A stretch of 52,492 nt of DNA from Fidelibacterota bacterium (GCA_038280095.1 JAYPYG010000005.1:10346-62837), one strand, 5' to 3'; numbered from the stretch's first letter, positions 1 through 11,279 are shown. Notes: a model not told the origin generated them from the sequence alone. Numbers and translations are program-made.

Positions 1-529
1 AAGAAACTTTTGTAACTGGATTAAAAATACTATCAATAGGTATCATACCAACTGGAGAGTTATTTAATATATTCTCTTCACTTGATTTATAACCCTTTCC
101 AATTCCAAGTCTCAATTCAACTTCGAGTGTTGTACCTTTAGCAATATCTGTAATATGATGATCTGGATTTAAAATAGTGAAGTCATCGCTAGCAGCCTGA
201 ATATCAGCAGCTGTAAAAGCATTAGGACCTTTAACTTTTAAAAGTATTGGTTCAACTTTACTCTCAAACAAATGAAAACGTACACCCTTCAAATTCATTA
301 TAATATCAGCAACATCCTCTGTTACCCCATCAATAGTAGAAAATTCATGATGAGCACCTTCAATTTTAACATTAGTAATTGCAGCGCCAGGCACAGCTGT
401 AAGAAGAGCTCTTCTTAAAGAATTACCGATAGTAATTCCATAACCTCTATCTAAAGGTTTAATAGTAAAATTACTTGAATTATCTTCAGTAACTTTATGT
501 GAAATTTTAAATTTTAAATCGTTACTCAT
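1..529 (-). CDS. rpoA: RNA polymerase alpha subunit, 5' part (runs off window start)
   Basis: Manual translation from ATG at 529: MSNDLKFK...PLDRGYGITIGNSLRRALLTAVPGAAITNVKIEGAHHEFSTIDGVTEDV. AAGGA SD upstream; follows rpsD. Not in the ORF track. Confidence 0.97.
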   Translation of the reverse strand, partial: MSNDLKFKISHKVTEDNSSNFTIKPLDRGYGITIGNSLRRALLTAVPGAAITNVKIEGAHHEFSTIDGVTEDVADIIMNLKGVRFHLFESKVEPILLKVKGPNAFTAADIQAASDDFTILNPDHHITDIAKGTTLEVELRLGIGKGYKSSEENILNNSPVGMIPIDSIFNPVTKVS

Positions 530-539
530 GTTTCTTCCT

Positions 540-1154
540 TTATCTTGAATAGTATTCAACAACTAATTGTTCGTTCAAAGTTAAATCAATCTCATCTCGT
601 TCAGGAAAACTAACAAATGTTCCTTCCATTTTAGCCTTATCGACAGATAACCATGAAATATTTAAATCGCCTTTAACCATTTTAATTGCATTTAAAATAA
701 TATCTAATTTTTTACTCCTATCTCTAACTGTAATTGAATCACCAGGCTTTAATCTGTATGAAGCAATATTAACCTTTTTGTTATTTACTAAAAAATGACA
801 ATGACTAACTAACTGTCTTGCAGCTGGTCTAGTCGGTGCAAAACCTAACTTATATATCACATTATCCAATCTAGATTCAAGCATAACAAGAAGATTAAGT
901 CCAGTTTCACCTTTCATTTGAGAAGCTTTTTCAAAATAGTTTCTAAACTGTTTTTCAAGCATTCCATAAGTGAACTTAATTTTTTGCTTTTCTTGTAACT
1001 GAACAGAATATGTAGAGAATCTTTTACCAGATTTACCATGCTGTCCTGGACCATACCCTTTTTTTGATAACAATCTATCAAACTTAGGATTTCCAAAAAT
1101 ATTTACTCCAAGTTTTCTAACTAACTTACCTTTAGGTGTATTTAATTTTGCCAT
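540..1154 (-). CDS. rpsD: 30S ribosomal protein S4 (no N-terminal Zn Cys)
   Basis: PGQHG, QLQEKQK, LESRLDN, ARQLVSH, EQLVVEYYSR; alpha-operon position. Confidence 0.98.
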   Translation of the reverse strand: MAKLNTPKGKLVRKLGVNIFGNPKFDRLLSKKGYGPGQHGKSGKRFSTYSVQLQEKQKIKFTYGMLEKQFRNYFEKASQMKGETGLNLLVMLESRLDNVIYKLGFAPTRPAARQLVSHCHFLVNNKKVNIASYRLKPGDSITVRDRSKKLDIILNAIKMVKGDLNISWLSVDKAKMEGTFVSFPERDEIDLTLNEQLVVEYYSR

Positions 1155-1157
1155 TCT

Positions 1158-1544
1158 TTATACTCTTCTCTGTTTTTTAGGTCTACATCCGTTATGAGGT
1201 AATGGTGTAACATCAGAAATTGATGTAACTTGCAACCCTGCAGCAGACAAAGCTCTGATAGCTGATTCTCTTCCTGCACCAGGACCTTTAACTCTTACGG
1301 CTACAGTAGTCATACCCATACTTACTACTTCACTTGCGACTTTCTCTGAAGCAACAGTTGCTGCATAGGCAGTGTTTTTTCTGGAACCCTTAAAGCCTGC
1401 CTTTCCAGCTGTTGCCCAAGCAACAACATTACCAAATTCATCTGAAACTGTAATATTTGTGTTATTAAATGTTGCTTTAATATGCACAATGCCGTTTGGA
1501 TTAATTTTTTTCTTTTTCTTATTAGATCTAGTCTGCGTAGCCAT
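1158..1544 (-). CDS. rpsK: 30S ribosomal protein S11
   Basis: [41 protein letters not shown]. Confidence 0.98.
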   Translation of the reverse strand: MATQTRSNKKKKKINPNGIVHIKATFNNTNITVSDEFGNVVAWATAGKAGFKGSRKNTAYAATVASEKVASEVVSMGMTTVAVRVKGPGAGRESAIRALSAAGLQVTSISDVTPLPHNGCRPKKQRRV

Positions 1545-1545
1545 A

Positions 1546-1926
1546 TTATACTGCCTTCTTACCTAATGAAATTGTTTGTCTTTTCTTGCTTCTTCTTGTA
1601 CGAGAATTGGTTTTAGTTCTTTGACCTCGAACTGGCAGAGATTTTCTATGTCTAACACCTCTGTAGCTACCAATATCTTGCAATCTTTTAACATTTTTTA
1701 AATTTTCACTTCTAAGCTCACCCTCGATAAGAAGCTTTAAGTCTACTATAACTTTTCTGATTTCATCTTCTTGTTTTGATGACAAATCAGTAACACGTGT
1801 ATTAGGATCAACTTTAGCTTGCTCACAAATATCAAGAGCAGTCTTTAATCCAATTCCATGCACATATCTTAAAGAATATGCTACTTTTTTATCTTTTGGT
1901 ATATCTACACCTGCTATTCTAGCCAT
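1546..1926 (-). CDS. rpsM: 30S ribosomal protein S13
   Basis: [29 protein letters not shown]. Confidence 0.98.
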   Translation of the reverse strand: MARIAGVDIPKDKKVAYSLRYVHGIGLKTALDICEQAKVDPNTRVTDLSSKQEDEIRKVIVDLKLLIEGELRSENLKNVKRLQDIGSYRGVRHRKSLPVRGQRTKTNSRTRRSKKRQTISLGKKAV

Positions 1927-2042
1927 TATCCTTGCCTCTGCTTAAATCTAGGGTTTTTCTTATTAATTACGTAAATACGTCCTTTTCTACGGACGATAAT
2001 ACAATCTCTACTTCTTTTTTTAACTGAAGCTCTTACTTTCAT
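1926..2042 (-). CDS. rpmJ: 50S ribosomal protein L36, Zn-free (C-) type, 38 aa
   Basis: Manual translation [38 protein letters not shown]; TAATG overlap with rpsM; below ORF-track cutoff. Confidence 0.97.
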   Translation of the reverse strand: MKVRASVKKRSRDCIIVRRKGRIYVINKKNPRFKQRQG

Positions 2043-2044
2043 AA

Positions 2045-2269
2045 TTATTGCCTAAATGTTATTCTTCCTCTATTTAAATCATATGGAGATAGTTGTAAAT
2101 CAACTTTATCTCCAGGAAGCATTTTAATAAAGTGCATTCTCATTTTACCGCTTACGTGAGCTAAAACTTCATGCTCTTTTCCTCCAAGATTTATGGTTAC
2201 CCTAAATCTTGCACCAGGTAAAGCTTCCTTAATAGTACCTTCTACTTCTATAGATTCTTGTTTTGCCAT
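2045..2269 (-). CDS. infA: Translation initiation factor IF-1
   Basis: [35 protein letters not shown]. Confidence 0.97.
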   Translation of the reverse strand: MAKQESIEVEGTIKEALPGARFRVTINLGGKEHEVLAHVSGKMRMHFIKMLPGDKVDLQLSPYDLNRGRITFRQ

Positions 2270-3024
2270 TTTTTTTTAGTTAAAATTCTGGGTTGAAACT
2301 TAGTAATAAGAATTGAATGTTCAAAGTGTGCACTTGCACTACCATCTTCCGTCCTAATTGTCCAGCCATCGCTATCAGTTTTAATATGTCTAGTTCCTAC
2401 ATTTACCATAGGCTCAATAGCTAAGCACATTCCTTCTTTCAATTCAACATTTAAATCTGCAGTTACAGGGTTAGAAAAATTTGGAACTTGAGGCTTAATA
2501 TGTAATTGCCTACCAATACCATGACCAACCAACTCTCTAACAATTGAAAAACCTTCGGATTCAACATATTCTTGTATTGAATTGCTTATATCAAATATTT
2601 TATTTCCAATAACTGCATTTTTAATCCCAATTTCTAATGCTTTTTTTGTTACATCTAACAATTTTTGCTTTTCTTCAGAAATTTTACCTACAGCTATTGT
2701 TCTTGCTGAATCACTATAAAAATCATTTTTAATTACTCCGCAATCAATACTTACAATTTGTCCTTCAACAAGTACTACATCTTTTGGGATTCCATGAACG
2801 ATTTCATCATCAATAGAAACAGTTAGAGTAGCTGGAAATCCATCATAGCCTTTAAACGCAGGTTTGGCATTACATGAACTAATGTAATTTTCAGCTATTT
2901 TATCTAACTCCAAAACTGATTGACCTGGAAAAATACTTTTCTCTACCAAATTAAGAGTATCTGAAAGGATCTGACAGCTTTCAGATATAGCATTAACTTC
3001 AATATGATTATTAATATCAACCAC
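2248..3024 (-). CDS. map: Methionine aminopeptidase type I
   Basis: PAFKGY, VHGIP, metal ligands in IDCG, SDSART, GHGIG, AIEPM, HFEHS; GTG start overlapping secY stop. Confidence 0.96.
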   Translation of the reverse strand: MVDINNHIEVNAISESCQILSDTLNLVEKSIFPGQSVLELDKIAENYISSCNAKPAFKGYDGFPATLTVSIDDEIVHGIPKDVVLVEGQIVSIDCGVIKNDFYSDSARTIAVGKISEEKQKLLDVTKKALEIGIKNAVIGNKIFDISNSIQEYVESEGFSIVRELVGHGIGRQLHIKPQVPNFSNPVTADLNVELKEGMCLAIEPMVNVGTRHIKTDSDGWTIRTEDGSASAHFEHSILITKFQPRILTKKKWQNKNL

Positions 3025-4324
3025 GTCTACTTCGTACCTTACCTTTAGTTAAAAAACCATCATAATGTCTTGATAATAAATGAGACTCTATCTGACTTAA
3101 AGTATCTAATCCAACACCAACAACAATAAGCAAACTTGTTCCACCAAAAAATGATGCATAAGCATAATCTAATCCAGCAAATTGCTGAAGGAAATATGGC
3201 ATAAGAGCTATAAAACCTAAGAAACAAGCGCCTGGTAGTGTAACTCTAGTTAAAATATTTTCAATAAACTCTGCAGTCTTTTTTCCTGGTTTAACACCAG
3301 GGATAAAACCGCCCTGTTGTTTTAGGGTCGAAGATACTTGATTTGGATCAAATTGTAATGCAGTATAAAAATAAGTGAAAAATATAATCAACAATGCAAA
3401 CATCGTATTAGAAAACCAGTGATCCATAGCAAATAAGGAGATAAAGTTTGATTGAGTTGCATCCTGCCCAAAAAACGTTGCAATAGTACCTGGAATTAGA
3501 ATTATGGATTGAGCAAAAATAATTGGAATTACTCCAGCAGTATTAATTTTTAAAGGTAAGTAAGTATTCTGACCTCCATATACTTTACGACCTACAATTC
3601 TTCTTGCATATTGAACAGGAACTTTTCTTACACCTTGTTGAACCAAAATAATCATCATCACTAAAAAGAAGAAAAGAAGCATTAGAAATAATTCAGAAAG
3701 AATTCCTCTGACACCTTGTTGAAAATATGAAATCTCAGAAATTACTACGTTTGGAAATCCAGCAATAATACCGACCATAATAATTAAAGAAATACCGTTT
3801 CCAATGCCGTGTTCCGTAATTTTTTCACCAAGCCATAACAAAAGCATAGTACCAGTAGTAATACTTACTACAGCAGTAAATCTAAAAAGAAAACCTGGAT
3901 CTAAAACAATACCGTAACTTTCAAGTAACAAAGCGATAAAAATAGATTGAACAAACGCTAAAACTACCGTTCCATATCTTGTTATTTGGGTAATTTTTGC
4001 TCTTCCACTCTCACCTTCCATAGCTAATCTTTGAAAATATGGAAGTGTAGTTTGTAAAATTTGAATAACAATAGAAACAGAAATATAGGGCATAATTCCT
4101 AAACCAAAAATTGCAGCTTGACCAAATGCTCCACCAGTGAACAAGTTGAACAAGCCAAAGAATGTATCATTTAAAGATTCCATTGTTTGTCTTAGTGCGT
4201 CAGGATTAATACCTGGAATTGGCACCTGAGAACCAAGTCTTACAATTACTAGAATACCTAAGGTAAATAAAATTTTTCTCCTAAGCTCTGGTATTGCAAA
4301 AATATTTCTTATTTTTTCAATCAC
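3017..4324 (-). CDS. secY: Preprotein translocase SecY
   Basis: LGIMPYIS, WLGEKITEHGIGNGISL, AGVIPIIFA, FIPGVKPG, GGTSLLIVVGV. Confidence 0.98.
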   Translation of the reverse strand: MIEKIRNIFAIPELRRKILFTLGILVIVRLGSQVPIPGINPDALRQTMESLNDTFFGLFNLFTGGAFGQAAIFGLGIMPYISVSIVIQILQTTLPYFQRLAMEGESGRAKITQITRYGTVVLAFVQSIFIALLLESYGIVLDPGFLFRFTAVVSITTGTMLLLWLGEKITEHGIGNGISLIIMVGIIAGFPNVVISEISYFQQGVRGILSELFLMLLFFFLVMMIILVQQGVRKVPVQYARRIVGRKVYGGQNTYLPLKINTAGVIPIIFAQSIILIPGTIATFFGQDATQSNFISLFAMDHWFSNTMFALLIIFFTYFYTALQFDPNQVSSTLKQQGGFIPGVKPGKKTAEFIENILTRVTLPGACFLGFIALMPYFLQQFAGLDYAYASFFGGTSLLIVVGVGLDTLSQIESHLLSRHYDGFLTKGKVRSRRG

Positions 4325-4752
4325 AGAGTGGTAGCCTTTCCTCCGGCATCCTCAATTTTTTTTGCTGCAGAATCGCTAAATGAAGATGCGGTAACATTAA
4401 CCGCTTTATCAATGGATCCATTTCCTAAAACTTTTACGGGTGCAAAACTTGAAGAAATAAGTCCATTTTTTGACATTACTTCAGCATCAACATTCTTCAC
4501 TTTAAGTTTGGAAATTTGTGAAAGGTTAACTATTTCAAATGTTTTTGCAAAATTAGAATTATTAAATCCTCTCATTGGTACTCTTCTATGTAAAGGCATC
4601 TGACCACCTTCAAACCAAAAACGGTATTTGTGACCACTCCTCTGACCAGCGCCTTTATGGCCTCTACCAGCAGTAGTTCCTAAACCAGAACCATGACCTC
4701 TTCCAACTCTTTTAGATTTTTTGAGTGCATTTGTTGGTTTAACTAGTTTCAT
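4321..4752 (-). CDS. rplO: 50S ribosomal protein L15
   Basis: RVGRGHGSGLG, FEGGQMPLHRRVP. Confidence 0.97.
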   Translation of the reverse strand: MKLVKPTNALKKSKRVGRGHGSGLGTTAGRGHKGAGQRSGHKYRFWFEGGQMPLHRRVPMRGFNNSNFAKTFEIVNLSQISKLKVKNVDAEVMSKNGLISSSFAPVKVLGNGSIDKAVNVTASSFSDSAAKKIEDAGGKATTL

Positions 4753-4934
4753 ACTTCTTCTACCTTTACTAAATAATCAATTTTCTTAATCATACCCACT
4801 ATAGCGTCATTTGCTTCTTTAATAACTGATTTATTCATTTTAGTGAGCCCTAATGCATCAAGCGTAGCTTTGGCTTTTCTTGAATATCCAATTCTGCTTT
4901 TAATTTGTGTTATTTTTAATTGTTTTTTAGCCAT
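4749..4934 (-). CDS. rpmD: 50S ribosomal protein L30
   Basis: LKITQIKSRIG, TLDALGL; between rpsE and rplO. Confidence 0.95.
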   Translation of the reverse strand: MAKKQLKITQIKSRIGYSRKAKATLDALGLTKMNKSVIKEANDAIVGMIKKIDYLVKVEEV

Positions 4935-4936
4935 TT

Positions 4937-5443
4937 TTAAATCTCAAAAAGTGTTTTAGGTGTTTTTCCTCTTTTCTTAGCTACAACTCTGACATCCTGC
5001 AAGCTAGTTAATGCATTCATGACAGCTTTTGCAACGTTCATAGCATTGTTAGATCCCAATACTTTTGAATAAATATTATTAATTCCAACTTGCTCCATAA
5101 TTAATCTTACTGCTGAACCAGCAATGATACCTGTACCATAAGGGGCAGGCTTTAGTAAAACTCTACTAGCGCCATGCTTTCCAATTATTTCATGAGGAAT
5201 AGTATAATTAATTACTGGAACTTTAACCAAATTCTGTCTAGCATTTTCTTTAGCCTTATTTATTGAGACAATCACCTCATTAGCTTTTCCAGAACCAATA
5301 CCAACATACGATTTACCATCACCAATAACTACAAGAGTAGAAAAACTAAACCTTTTTCCACGTGAATTAACTTTAGCTACTCTATTAATTCTGATAACTG
5401 ATTCTTCTTTTAAATCAAGTTCTGAAAAATTTATCATACTCAT
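4937..5443 (-). CDS. rpsE: 30S ribosomal protein S5
   Basis: INRVAKV, RFSF..LVVIGDG, GKANEV, LLKPAPYGTGIIAG. Confidence 0.97.
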   Translation of the reverse strand: MSMINFSELDLKEESVIRINRVAKVNSRGKRFSFSTLVVIGDGKSYVGIGSGKANEVIVSINKAKENARQNLVKVPVINYTIPHEIIGKHGASRVLLKPAPYGTGIIAGSAVRLIMEQVGINNIYSKVLGSNNAMNVAKAVMNALTSLQDVRVVAKKRGKTPKTLFEI

Positions 5444-5455
5444 TTATGCTCCATC

Positions 5456-5815
5456 TTAAAATTTAAGACCACCTTCTCTAGCTGCATCAGCTAAAGATTT
5501 AACTCTTCCGTGGTATCTAAATCCATTTCTATCGAAATAAATTTTATTAATCTTTTTTCCTTTTACTCTTTTGGAGAGAGAAGTTCCAACAAGTGCAGCA
5601 AGTTCAGTTTTAGTCATCTTTTTCTTTGAAAACTCTTTCTCTTTGGAAGAAGCAGAAACAATAGTTTTTTGATTGAAATCATCAATGATTTGCGCTTCAA
5701 TGTGATTAGTGCTCTTAAAAATACATAATCTCATTTCATCTTTATTAGCAAAAGCTTTTTTTGATCTCTTTCTTCTTCTTAAATATTGTTCTTTTTTAAG
5801 CTTTAAAGCTCTCAT
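5456..5815 (-). CDS. rplR: 50S ribosomal protein L18
   Basis: AQIIDD, FDRNGFRYHGRVKSLADAAREGGLKF. Confidence 0.97.
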   Translation of the reverse strand: MRALKLKKEQYLRRRKRSKKAFANKDEMRLCIFKSTNHIEAQIIDDFNQKTIVSASSKEKEFSKKKMTKTELAALVGTSLSKRVKGKKINKIYFDRNGFRYHGRVKSLADAAREGGLKF

Positions 5816-6357
5816 TAGTCGCCCCCTCCAACTGTTTTACCTTGTTTTGAACGAACATATTCATCCTTATATCTAATACCTTTTCCTTTGTATGGCTCAG
5901 GCTTCTTCAAAGATCTAATCTTAGCAGCAACTTGACCGACTAACTGTTTATCAGCGCCTTTAATTTCAAGCGAGGTTTTGTTAGCTACTGCTTCAATACC
6001 CTCCGGTAAATCAAATGCAATATCATGTGAAAAACCTAACTGAAATATTAACCTATTACTTTGAGACTTGACATTAAAACCAACTCCAATAATTTCAAGG
6101 TGTTTTGAAAAACCATTTGTAACACCTTCAATAGCATTAGAAATTAACTGTCTTGTAGTGCCATGCATAGATTTTGCAACTTTATCTTCCGAATTTCTTG
6201 AAAGATTCATGACTTTATCATCAATGTTGACTGAAATTTCGTCACACAAATTTACCACAAGACTTCCATTAGGACCTTTAACCATTAACTGGCTTTCTTT
6301 ATTTTCTAAAGAAACTCCATCAGGAATATTAATTAATCTATTTCCAACTCTTGACAT
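5815..6357 (-). CDS. rplF: 50S ribosomal protein L6 (start moved to MSRVG)
   Basis: MSRVGNRLINIP, VKGPNG, KPEPYKGKGIRY; ATG at 6357 is 1 nt after the rpsH stop. Confidence 0.97.
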   Translation of the reverse strand: MSRVGNRLINIPDGVSLENKESQLMVKGPNGSLVVNLCDEISVNIDDKVMNLSRNSEDKVAKSMHGTTRQLISNAIEGVTNGFSKHLEIIGVGFNVKSQSNRLIFQLGFSHDIAFDLPEGIEAVANKTSLEIKGADKQLVGQVAAKIRSLKKPEPYKGKGIRYKDEYVRSKQGKTVGGGD

Positions 6358-6358
6358 A

Positions 6359-6757
6359 CTACCAAATGTTGCAGAGCAACTCTCCTCCAACTTTTAATTC
6401 TCTAGCTACTTTATTACTTACTACTCCTTTAGGAGTTGATAAAACGCTAATTCCCAAACCATTTAATACTCTTGGAATTTCAGAACATGTAACATACACT
6501 CTTTTTCCAGGTTTGCTAATTTTTTCAATTGTTGTAATAGCAGGAGAATTTTCATTATATCTGAGATATAATCTAATATCTTCTTTACTATCTTCTTTAT
6601 CTACAAAAACAAAGTTATCTATATAACCTTCTTCTTTGAGAACAAGAGATAATCTTTTCTTTAAGGTGGATGAAGGTACATCAACCCATCTCTTTTTTGC
6701 AGCATAACCATTTCTAATTCTAGTACAAAAATCTGCTATTGGATCTGTCATTGACAT
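6359..6757 (-). CDS. rpsH: 30S ribosomal protein S8
   Basis: MTDPIAD..TRIRN, SKPGKRVY, GLGISVLSTPKG. Confidence 0.98.
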   Translation of the reverse strand: MSMTDPIADFCTRIRNGYAAKKRWVDVPSSTLKKRLSLVLKEEGYIDNFVFVDKEDSKEDIRLYLRYNENSPAITTIEKISKPGKRVYVTCSEIPRVLNGLGISVLSTPKGVVSNKVARELKVGGELLCNIW

Positions 6758-6766
6758 ATATTTCTC

Positions 6767-7072
6767 CTACCAACTTGCCTTAGTTACACCCGGTAATTCA
6801 CCTTTGAGTGCAAGCTCTCTAAATGTTATTCTTGATAATCCAAATTTTCTCATATATCCTTTTGGCCTTCCAGATACAGCACAACGATTTGTTAATCTTG
6901 AAGCACTGGAAGATCTAGGAAGTTTTTGCATTTTAATAATAGCTTTCTCTTTCTCTTCGTCCGATACATTTGGATTTTTAATTATCGCTCTTAATTCTTT
7001 TCTTAGTTCAAAATGTCTTTGAACTTTTTTCTGTAAATGAAACTCTCTAACAATTTTTGATTTTTTAGCCAT
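6767..7072 (-). CDS. rpsN: 30S ribosomal protein S14, long Zn-free type (start moved to MAKKS)
   Basis: MAKKS..., [36 protein letters not shown]; 101 aa, one Cys. Confidence 0.97.
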   Translation of the reverse strand: MAKKSKIVREFHLQKKVQRHFELRKELRAIIKNPNVSDEEKEKAIIKMQKLPRSSSASRLTNRCAVSGRPKGYMRKFGLSRITFRELALKGELPGVTKASW

Positions 7073-7649
7073 CCTGCTCCTCAATATTGTTTACAACATT
7101 TTTTTCCCTAATAGGTAAACCCATCGCTCTTAACAGTTCATAACAAACATCATCATTTGAAGATGAAGTTGTAATAATTACATCCATACCTCTGATTGAA
7201 TCAACTTTATCATAATCTATCTCAGCAAAAACAACTTGCTCTTTAATACCAAAACTATAATTACCCATACCATCAAAAGACTTGAAAGACAAACCTCTAA
7301 AATCTCTGGTTCTAGGTAATGCAACTGCGCACAATCTTTCTAAAAACTCATACATAAAGTCTTTTCTAAGAGTAACTTTACAACCAACAGGGAAACCTCT
7401 TCTAACCTTAAAGTTAGAAATATCCTTTTTAGCAGTAGTAATAACAGGCTTTTGACCAGTTATTAACATCAATTCTTCTAAGGCAGACTGCAATGCCTTT
7501 TTATTATTTTTAGCATCTCCAATTCCAATATTTAGAGTGATTTTCTCAATTTTTGGTACTTGCATAATGCTAGTGAATTCAAACTTTTTCATTAAATGAG
7601 GTCTAACTTCATCTAAATATTTTTTCTTATAATTTGGAACACTCATCAT
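7065..7649 (-). CDS. rplE: 50S ribosomal protein L5
   Basis: [33 protein letters not shown]. Confidence 0.98.
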   Translation of the reverse strand: MMSVPNYKKKYLDEVRPHLMKKFEFTSIMQVPKIEKITLNIGIGDAKNNKKALQSALEELMLITGQKPVITTAKKDISNFKVRRGFPVGCKVTLRKDFMYEFLERLCAVALPRTRDFRGLSFKSFDGMGNYSFGIKEQVVFAEIDYDKVDSIRGMDVIITTSSSNDDVCYELLRAMGLPIREKNVVNNIEEQDG

Positions 7650-7955
7650 TTATCCTAATTCTTTGCCACTTCTCTTTGAAACTCTAACTTTAGATTTATC
7701 ATCAAGAATTTTAAAACCAATTCTTGAAGCATCATCGCCTTCCATAGCCATCAAGTTAGAAATATGTAACGATCTTTCTCTTTCTGAAAAACCTCCTTGT
7801 GGATTCTCTTGAGTAGGACGTACTGCTCTTTTTGTTAATGCAACACCTTCAACAATTGCTCGTTGAGAGTGAGGAATAACTTTTAGAACTTTTCCAGTCA
7901 TGCCTTTGAAGTTTCCAGAAACAACCTTAACCATCATATCTTTTTTAATTTTCAT
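7650..7955 (-). CDS. rplX: 50S ribosomal protein L24
   Basis: KOW-like VKVVSGNFKGMTGKV, NPQGG, HISN. Confidence 0.96.
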   Translation of the reverse strand: MKIKKDMMVKVVSGNFKGMTGKVLKVIPHSQRAIVEGVALTKRAVRPTQENPQGGFSERERSLHISNLMAMEGDDASRIGFKILDDKSKVRVSKRSGKELG

Positions 7956-8324
7956 TTATAATACCTCTGGGGCCATTGAAATAATTTTCATATACCCGCC
8001 TTCTCTTAATTCTCTTGCTACAGGACCAAAAATTCTTGTTCCTTTTGGCTCATTCTGAGCATTTAATATTACTGCAGCATTATCATCAAATCTAATATAA
8101 GAGCCATCTCTTCTTCTGACTTCTTTTTTTACTCTAACAACAACTGCTCTAGCAACTTCACCTTTTTTAACCATACCGCCAGGAGTCGATGATTTGACAG
8201 ATACAACTATAATATCTCCAATGCTCGCGTATCTTTTCTTTGAACCGCCCAATACTTTGAAGCATTGTACAACTTTGGCTCCAGAATTATCTGCTACTTT
8301 TAATCTTGTTTCCTGTTGAATCAT
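7956..8324 (-). CDS. rplN: 50S ribosomal protein L14
   Basis: [30 protein letters not shown]. Confidence 0.99.
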   Translation of the reverse strand: MIQQETRLKVADNSGAKVVQCFKVLGGSKKRYASIGDIIVVSVKSSTPGGMVKKGEVARAVVVRVKKEVRRRDGSYIRFDDNAAVILNAQNEPKGTRIFGPVARELREGGYMKIISMAPEVL

Positions 8325-8578
8325 TATTTTTTACTACCACTAATAAGCTTAGAAGCTCTCCATCTTTTAGTTTTGCTCAAAGGTTTAGAAGCAACTATTT
8401 GAACGGTGTCTCCGATATTAAATACATTCTTTTCATCATGAGCATAGTATTTTTTAGATCTTTTCATATATTTCTTATAAAGCTTGTGCTTTACAAGTCT
8501 TTCAACACTCACTACAACAGTTTTGTCCATTGCATTTGAAATAACTTTTCCTACCATTCTTTGAGCATTTCTATCCAT
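8324..8578 (-). CDS. rpsQ: 30S ribosomal protein S17
   Basis: [23 protein letters not shown]. Confidence 0.97.
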   Translation of the reverse strand: MDRNAQRMVGKVISNAMDKTVVVSVERLVKHKLYKKYMKRSKKYYAHDEKNVFNIGDTVQIVASKPLSKTKRWRASKLISGSKK

Positions 8579-8781
8579 TAATTATTTTCTCCATTTAAAG
8601 ATAATTCTTTTAATATAGTATTAATCTTAGCATTCTCTTTTTTCATTTCAGAAATAAGCTTGTAATCTTCTAATTGTTGAATAGATTTTTGGAAACGATA
8701 CTTCTGTAAACTTTCCATATTATCAATCAATCTTGATTTCAAGTCATTTTCAGACAATTTTCTAAGATCTTCAATTTTCAT
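8578..8781 (-). CDS. rpmC: 50S ribosomal protein L29
   Basis: 67 aa, RFQK, AKINTIL; between rplP and rpsQ. Confidence 0.92.
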   Translation of the reverse strand: MKIEDLRKLSENDLKSRLIDNMESLQKYRFQKSIQQLEDYKLISEMKKENAKINTILKELSLNGENN

Positions 8782-9193
8782 CTAAACCTCTTCTAGATAC
8801 TAATTTTGTTTTTATTGCTAGCTTATTTCCAGCAATTCTAAAAGCTTCTTGAGCCAATTCTTTTGATATTCCTTCAACTTCAAATAAAATTCTTCCTGGT
8901 CTTACATTAGCTACCCAATATTCAGGAGAACCTTTACCTTTACCCATTCTTGTTTCAAGGGGTTTTTTTGTAATAGGTTTATCTGGAAAAATTCTAATCC
9001 ACATCTTTCCTACTTTTCTTACTCTTCTTGATATAGAAATTCTTGTTGCTTCTATTTGTCTAGCAGTAATCCATCCTGGCTCCAGTGCTTTCATACCATA
9101 ACTACCAAAGTTTACCTCAGTACCACCTTTAGCCATTCCTTTACGGTTTCCTCTGTGGACTTTTCTATATTTAATCTTTTTTGGTTCTAACAT
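8771..9193 (-). CDS. rplP: 50S ribosomal protein L16
   Basis: [24 protein letters not shown]. Confidence 0.98.
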   Translation of the reverse strand: MLEPKKIKYRKVHRGNRKGMAKGGTEVNFGSYGMKALEPGWITARQIEATRISISRRVRKVGKMWIRIFPDKPITKKPLETRMGKGKGSPEYWVANVRPGRILFEVEGISKELAQEAFRIAGNKLAIKTKLVSRRGLDEN

Positions 9194-9831
9194 TACTTCT
9201 TAGCCTTTGCAAATCCGTTACAAATCCAAACTTTAATTCCAATAATACCGTAAGTAGTATGAGCTTCAACAAGTGCATAATCTATATCTGCTCTCAAAGT
9301 ATGAAGAGGTACTCTTCCCTCCATAAATCTTTCAGATCTTGCAATTTCAACACCACCTAATCTACCAGATACATTAATCCTAATTCCTTCAGCACCCATT
9401 CTCATAGTTGATTGCATAGTTTTATTTAAAACTCTTCTATATGGCATTTTTTTAACCAACTGAGAAGCAATATTTTGGCCAACTAATTCTGCATTTAATT
9501 CTGGACGTTTTACTTCGTTAATATTTAGATGTATATCTTCAGTATTACACAGCTTAGAAACTTCTTTTTTCAGTCTAGCAACTTCTTCACCGCCTCTACC
9601 AATTACAATACCTGGTCTAGCAGTATGTATCGTAACAGTAATTGCCTGGGAAGTTCTTTCAATATTTACCGAAGCAACTGAAGCGTCTTGTAGTCTTTTC
9701 TTTAAATACTTTCTCAACTTAATATCTTGAGCCAAATCAGTAGCATAGGCATTCTTCTTTGGAAACCAATTGGAAGTCCAATTTTTATTAACTTCTAATC
9801 TAAGTCCTTTTGGATGTGTCTTTTGTCCCAT
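9193..9831 (-). CDS. rpsC: 30S ribosomal protein S3
   Basis: [29 protein letters not shown]. Confidence 0.98.
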   Translation of the reverse strand: MGQKTHPKGLRLEVNKNWTSNWFPKKNAYATDLAQDIKLRKYLKKRLQDASVASVNIERTSQAITVTIHTARPGIVIGRGGEEVARLKKEVSKLCNTEDIHLNINEVKRPELNAELVGQNIASQLVKKMPYRRVLNKTMQSTMRMGAEGIRINVSGRLGGVEIARSERFMEGRVPLHTLRADIDYALVEAHTTYGIIGIKVWICNGFAKAKK

Positions 9832-9835
9832 CTAT

Positions 9836-10171
9836 TTACCCTATAACAATTTTTAAGTGACTGGTTCTTTTCTTAATTCTGTTTGCTCGCCCTTGAGCTC
9901 TTGCTCTAAATCTTTTTAATGCTGGGCCTTCATCAACAGTAATAGTTTTTACATTAACTGAATTCATATCAAGATTGAAATCTTCGTTGTTATCAGCATT
10001 AGCAATAGCTGAAGATAAAGTTTTTAAAATAATGGCTGCCCCTTTTTCATCCATATGACTTAGAGAGTTAAGAGCTTTATTTACATTTAAACCTCTTACC
10101 AAATCAGCTACCTTTCTCAATTTTTTTGGAGAAATTCTAACACTATTTGCTTTTGATACAATTTCCATCAT
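9836..10171 (-). CDS. rplV: 50S ribosomal protein L22
   Basis: RISPKK, SAIANA, RAQGRA..IKKRTSH. Confidence 0.97.
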   Translation of the reverse strand: MMEIVSKANSVRISPKKLRKVADLVRGLNVNKALNSLSHMDEKGAAIILKTLSSAIANADNNEDFNLDMNSVNVKTITVDEGPALKRFRARAQGRANRIKKRTSHLKIVIG

Positions 10172-10443
10172 TATTTTTTCTTTCTATCTCCAGAATGCAT
10201 TCTAAATGTTCTTGTTGGAGAAAATTCACCTAGTTTGTGACCTACCATATTTTCAGTAATGAAAACTGGAATAAACTTATTACCATTATGAACGGCAAAC
10301 GTATGACCTACAAAGTCTGGAAGAATAATTGAGTTTCTAGCCCAAGTCTTAATAGCAGACTTTTTTGAAGATTCTTCCATTTTATGAACCTTTTTTAAAA
10401 GTTTCATATCAATATGAGGACCTTTTCTAATGGATCTAGCCAT
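10171..10443 (-). CDS. rpsS: 30S ribosomal protein S19
   Basis: [19 protein letters not shown]. Confidence 0.98.
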   Translation of the reverse strand: MARSIRKGPHIDMKLLKKVHKMEESSKKSAIKTWARNSIILPDFVGHTFAVHNGNKFIPVFITENMVGHKLGEFSPTRTFRMHSGDRKKK

Positions 10444-11270
10444 TAATCATTTCTCCTTTTAATAATTAAAGCATTTGATTTCTTATTCTTTTTACGGGTT
10501 TTTAAACCTTTTGTTTGCTTACCCCATGGTGAAACAGGATGTCTACCTCCAGAACTTTTACCTTCACCACCACCCATTGGATGATCAACTGGATTCATCG
10601 CTACACCTCTAACTTTTGGTCGTCTTCCAAGCCATCTTGATCTTCCAGCTTTTCCAGAACGAACCAACTCGTGCTGTTTATTTCCTACAACACCTACAGT
10701 TGCTAAACATTTTTCAGGCACCATTCTAACTTCTCCTGATGGCATTTTAAGAGTAACATAATTGTTGTCATGAGCCATAACTTGAACATATGCACCTGCG
10801 CTTCTAGCCATCTGTGCTCCTTTTCCAGGAATCATTTCGATATTATGAACAAATTGTCCAGATGGAATATTTTTTAACTGCATAGCATTTCCAGTTTTTA
10901 GCTCAGCCTTTTCGCTTGAAATAATTTTATCTCCAACTTTTAAACCATCAGGCTGTATAATATATCTTTTTTCACCATCGATATAGTGAATTAAGGCAAT
11001 AAATGCACTTCTGTTTGGATCATATTCAATTGTTGCTACTTTGCCCTCGATATCAAATTTATTTCTTTTAAAATCGATAATTCTATAACTTCTTTTATGT
11101 CCGCCACCTCTTCTTCTGGAAGTAATACGACCTTTATTATTTCTACCACCAGTTTTCTTGAGCTTTCTCACCAAAGATTTTTCTGGCTTATCAGTTGTAA
11201 TTTCAGAAAAATCTGGTCTAGAAGTAAATCTAGATGCTGGAGTTACTGGTTTAAGTTGTCTAATAGCCAT
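10443..11270 (-). CDS. rplB: 50S ribosomal protein L2
   Basis: [36 protein letters not shown]. Confidence 0.99.
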   Translation of the reverse strand: MAIRQLKPVTPASRFTSRPDFSEITTDKPEKSLVRKLKKTGGRNNKGRITSRRRGGGHKRSYRIIDFKRNKFDIEGKVATIEYDPNRSAFIALIHYIDGEKRYIIQPDGLKVGDKIISSEKAELKTGNAMQLKNIPSGQFVHNIEMIPGKGAQMARSAGAYVQVMAHDNNYVTLKMPSGEVRMVPEKCLATVGVVGNKQHELVRSGKAGRSRWLGRRPKVRGVAMNPVDHPMGGGEGKSSGGRHPVSPWGKQTKGLKTRKKNKKSNALIIKRRND

Positions 11271-11279
11271 TTTAAATAC

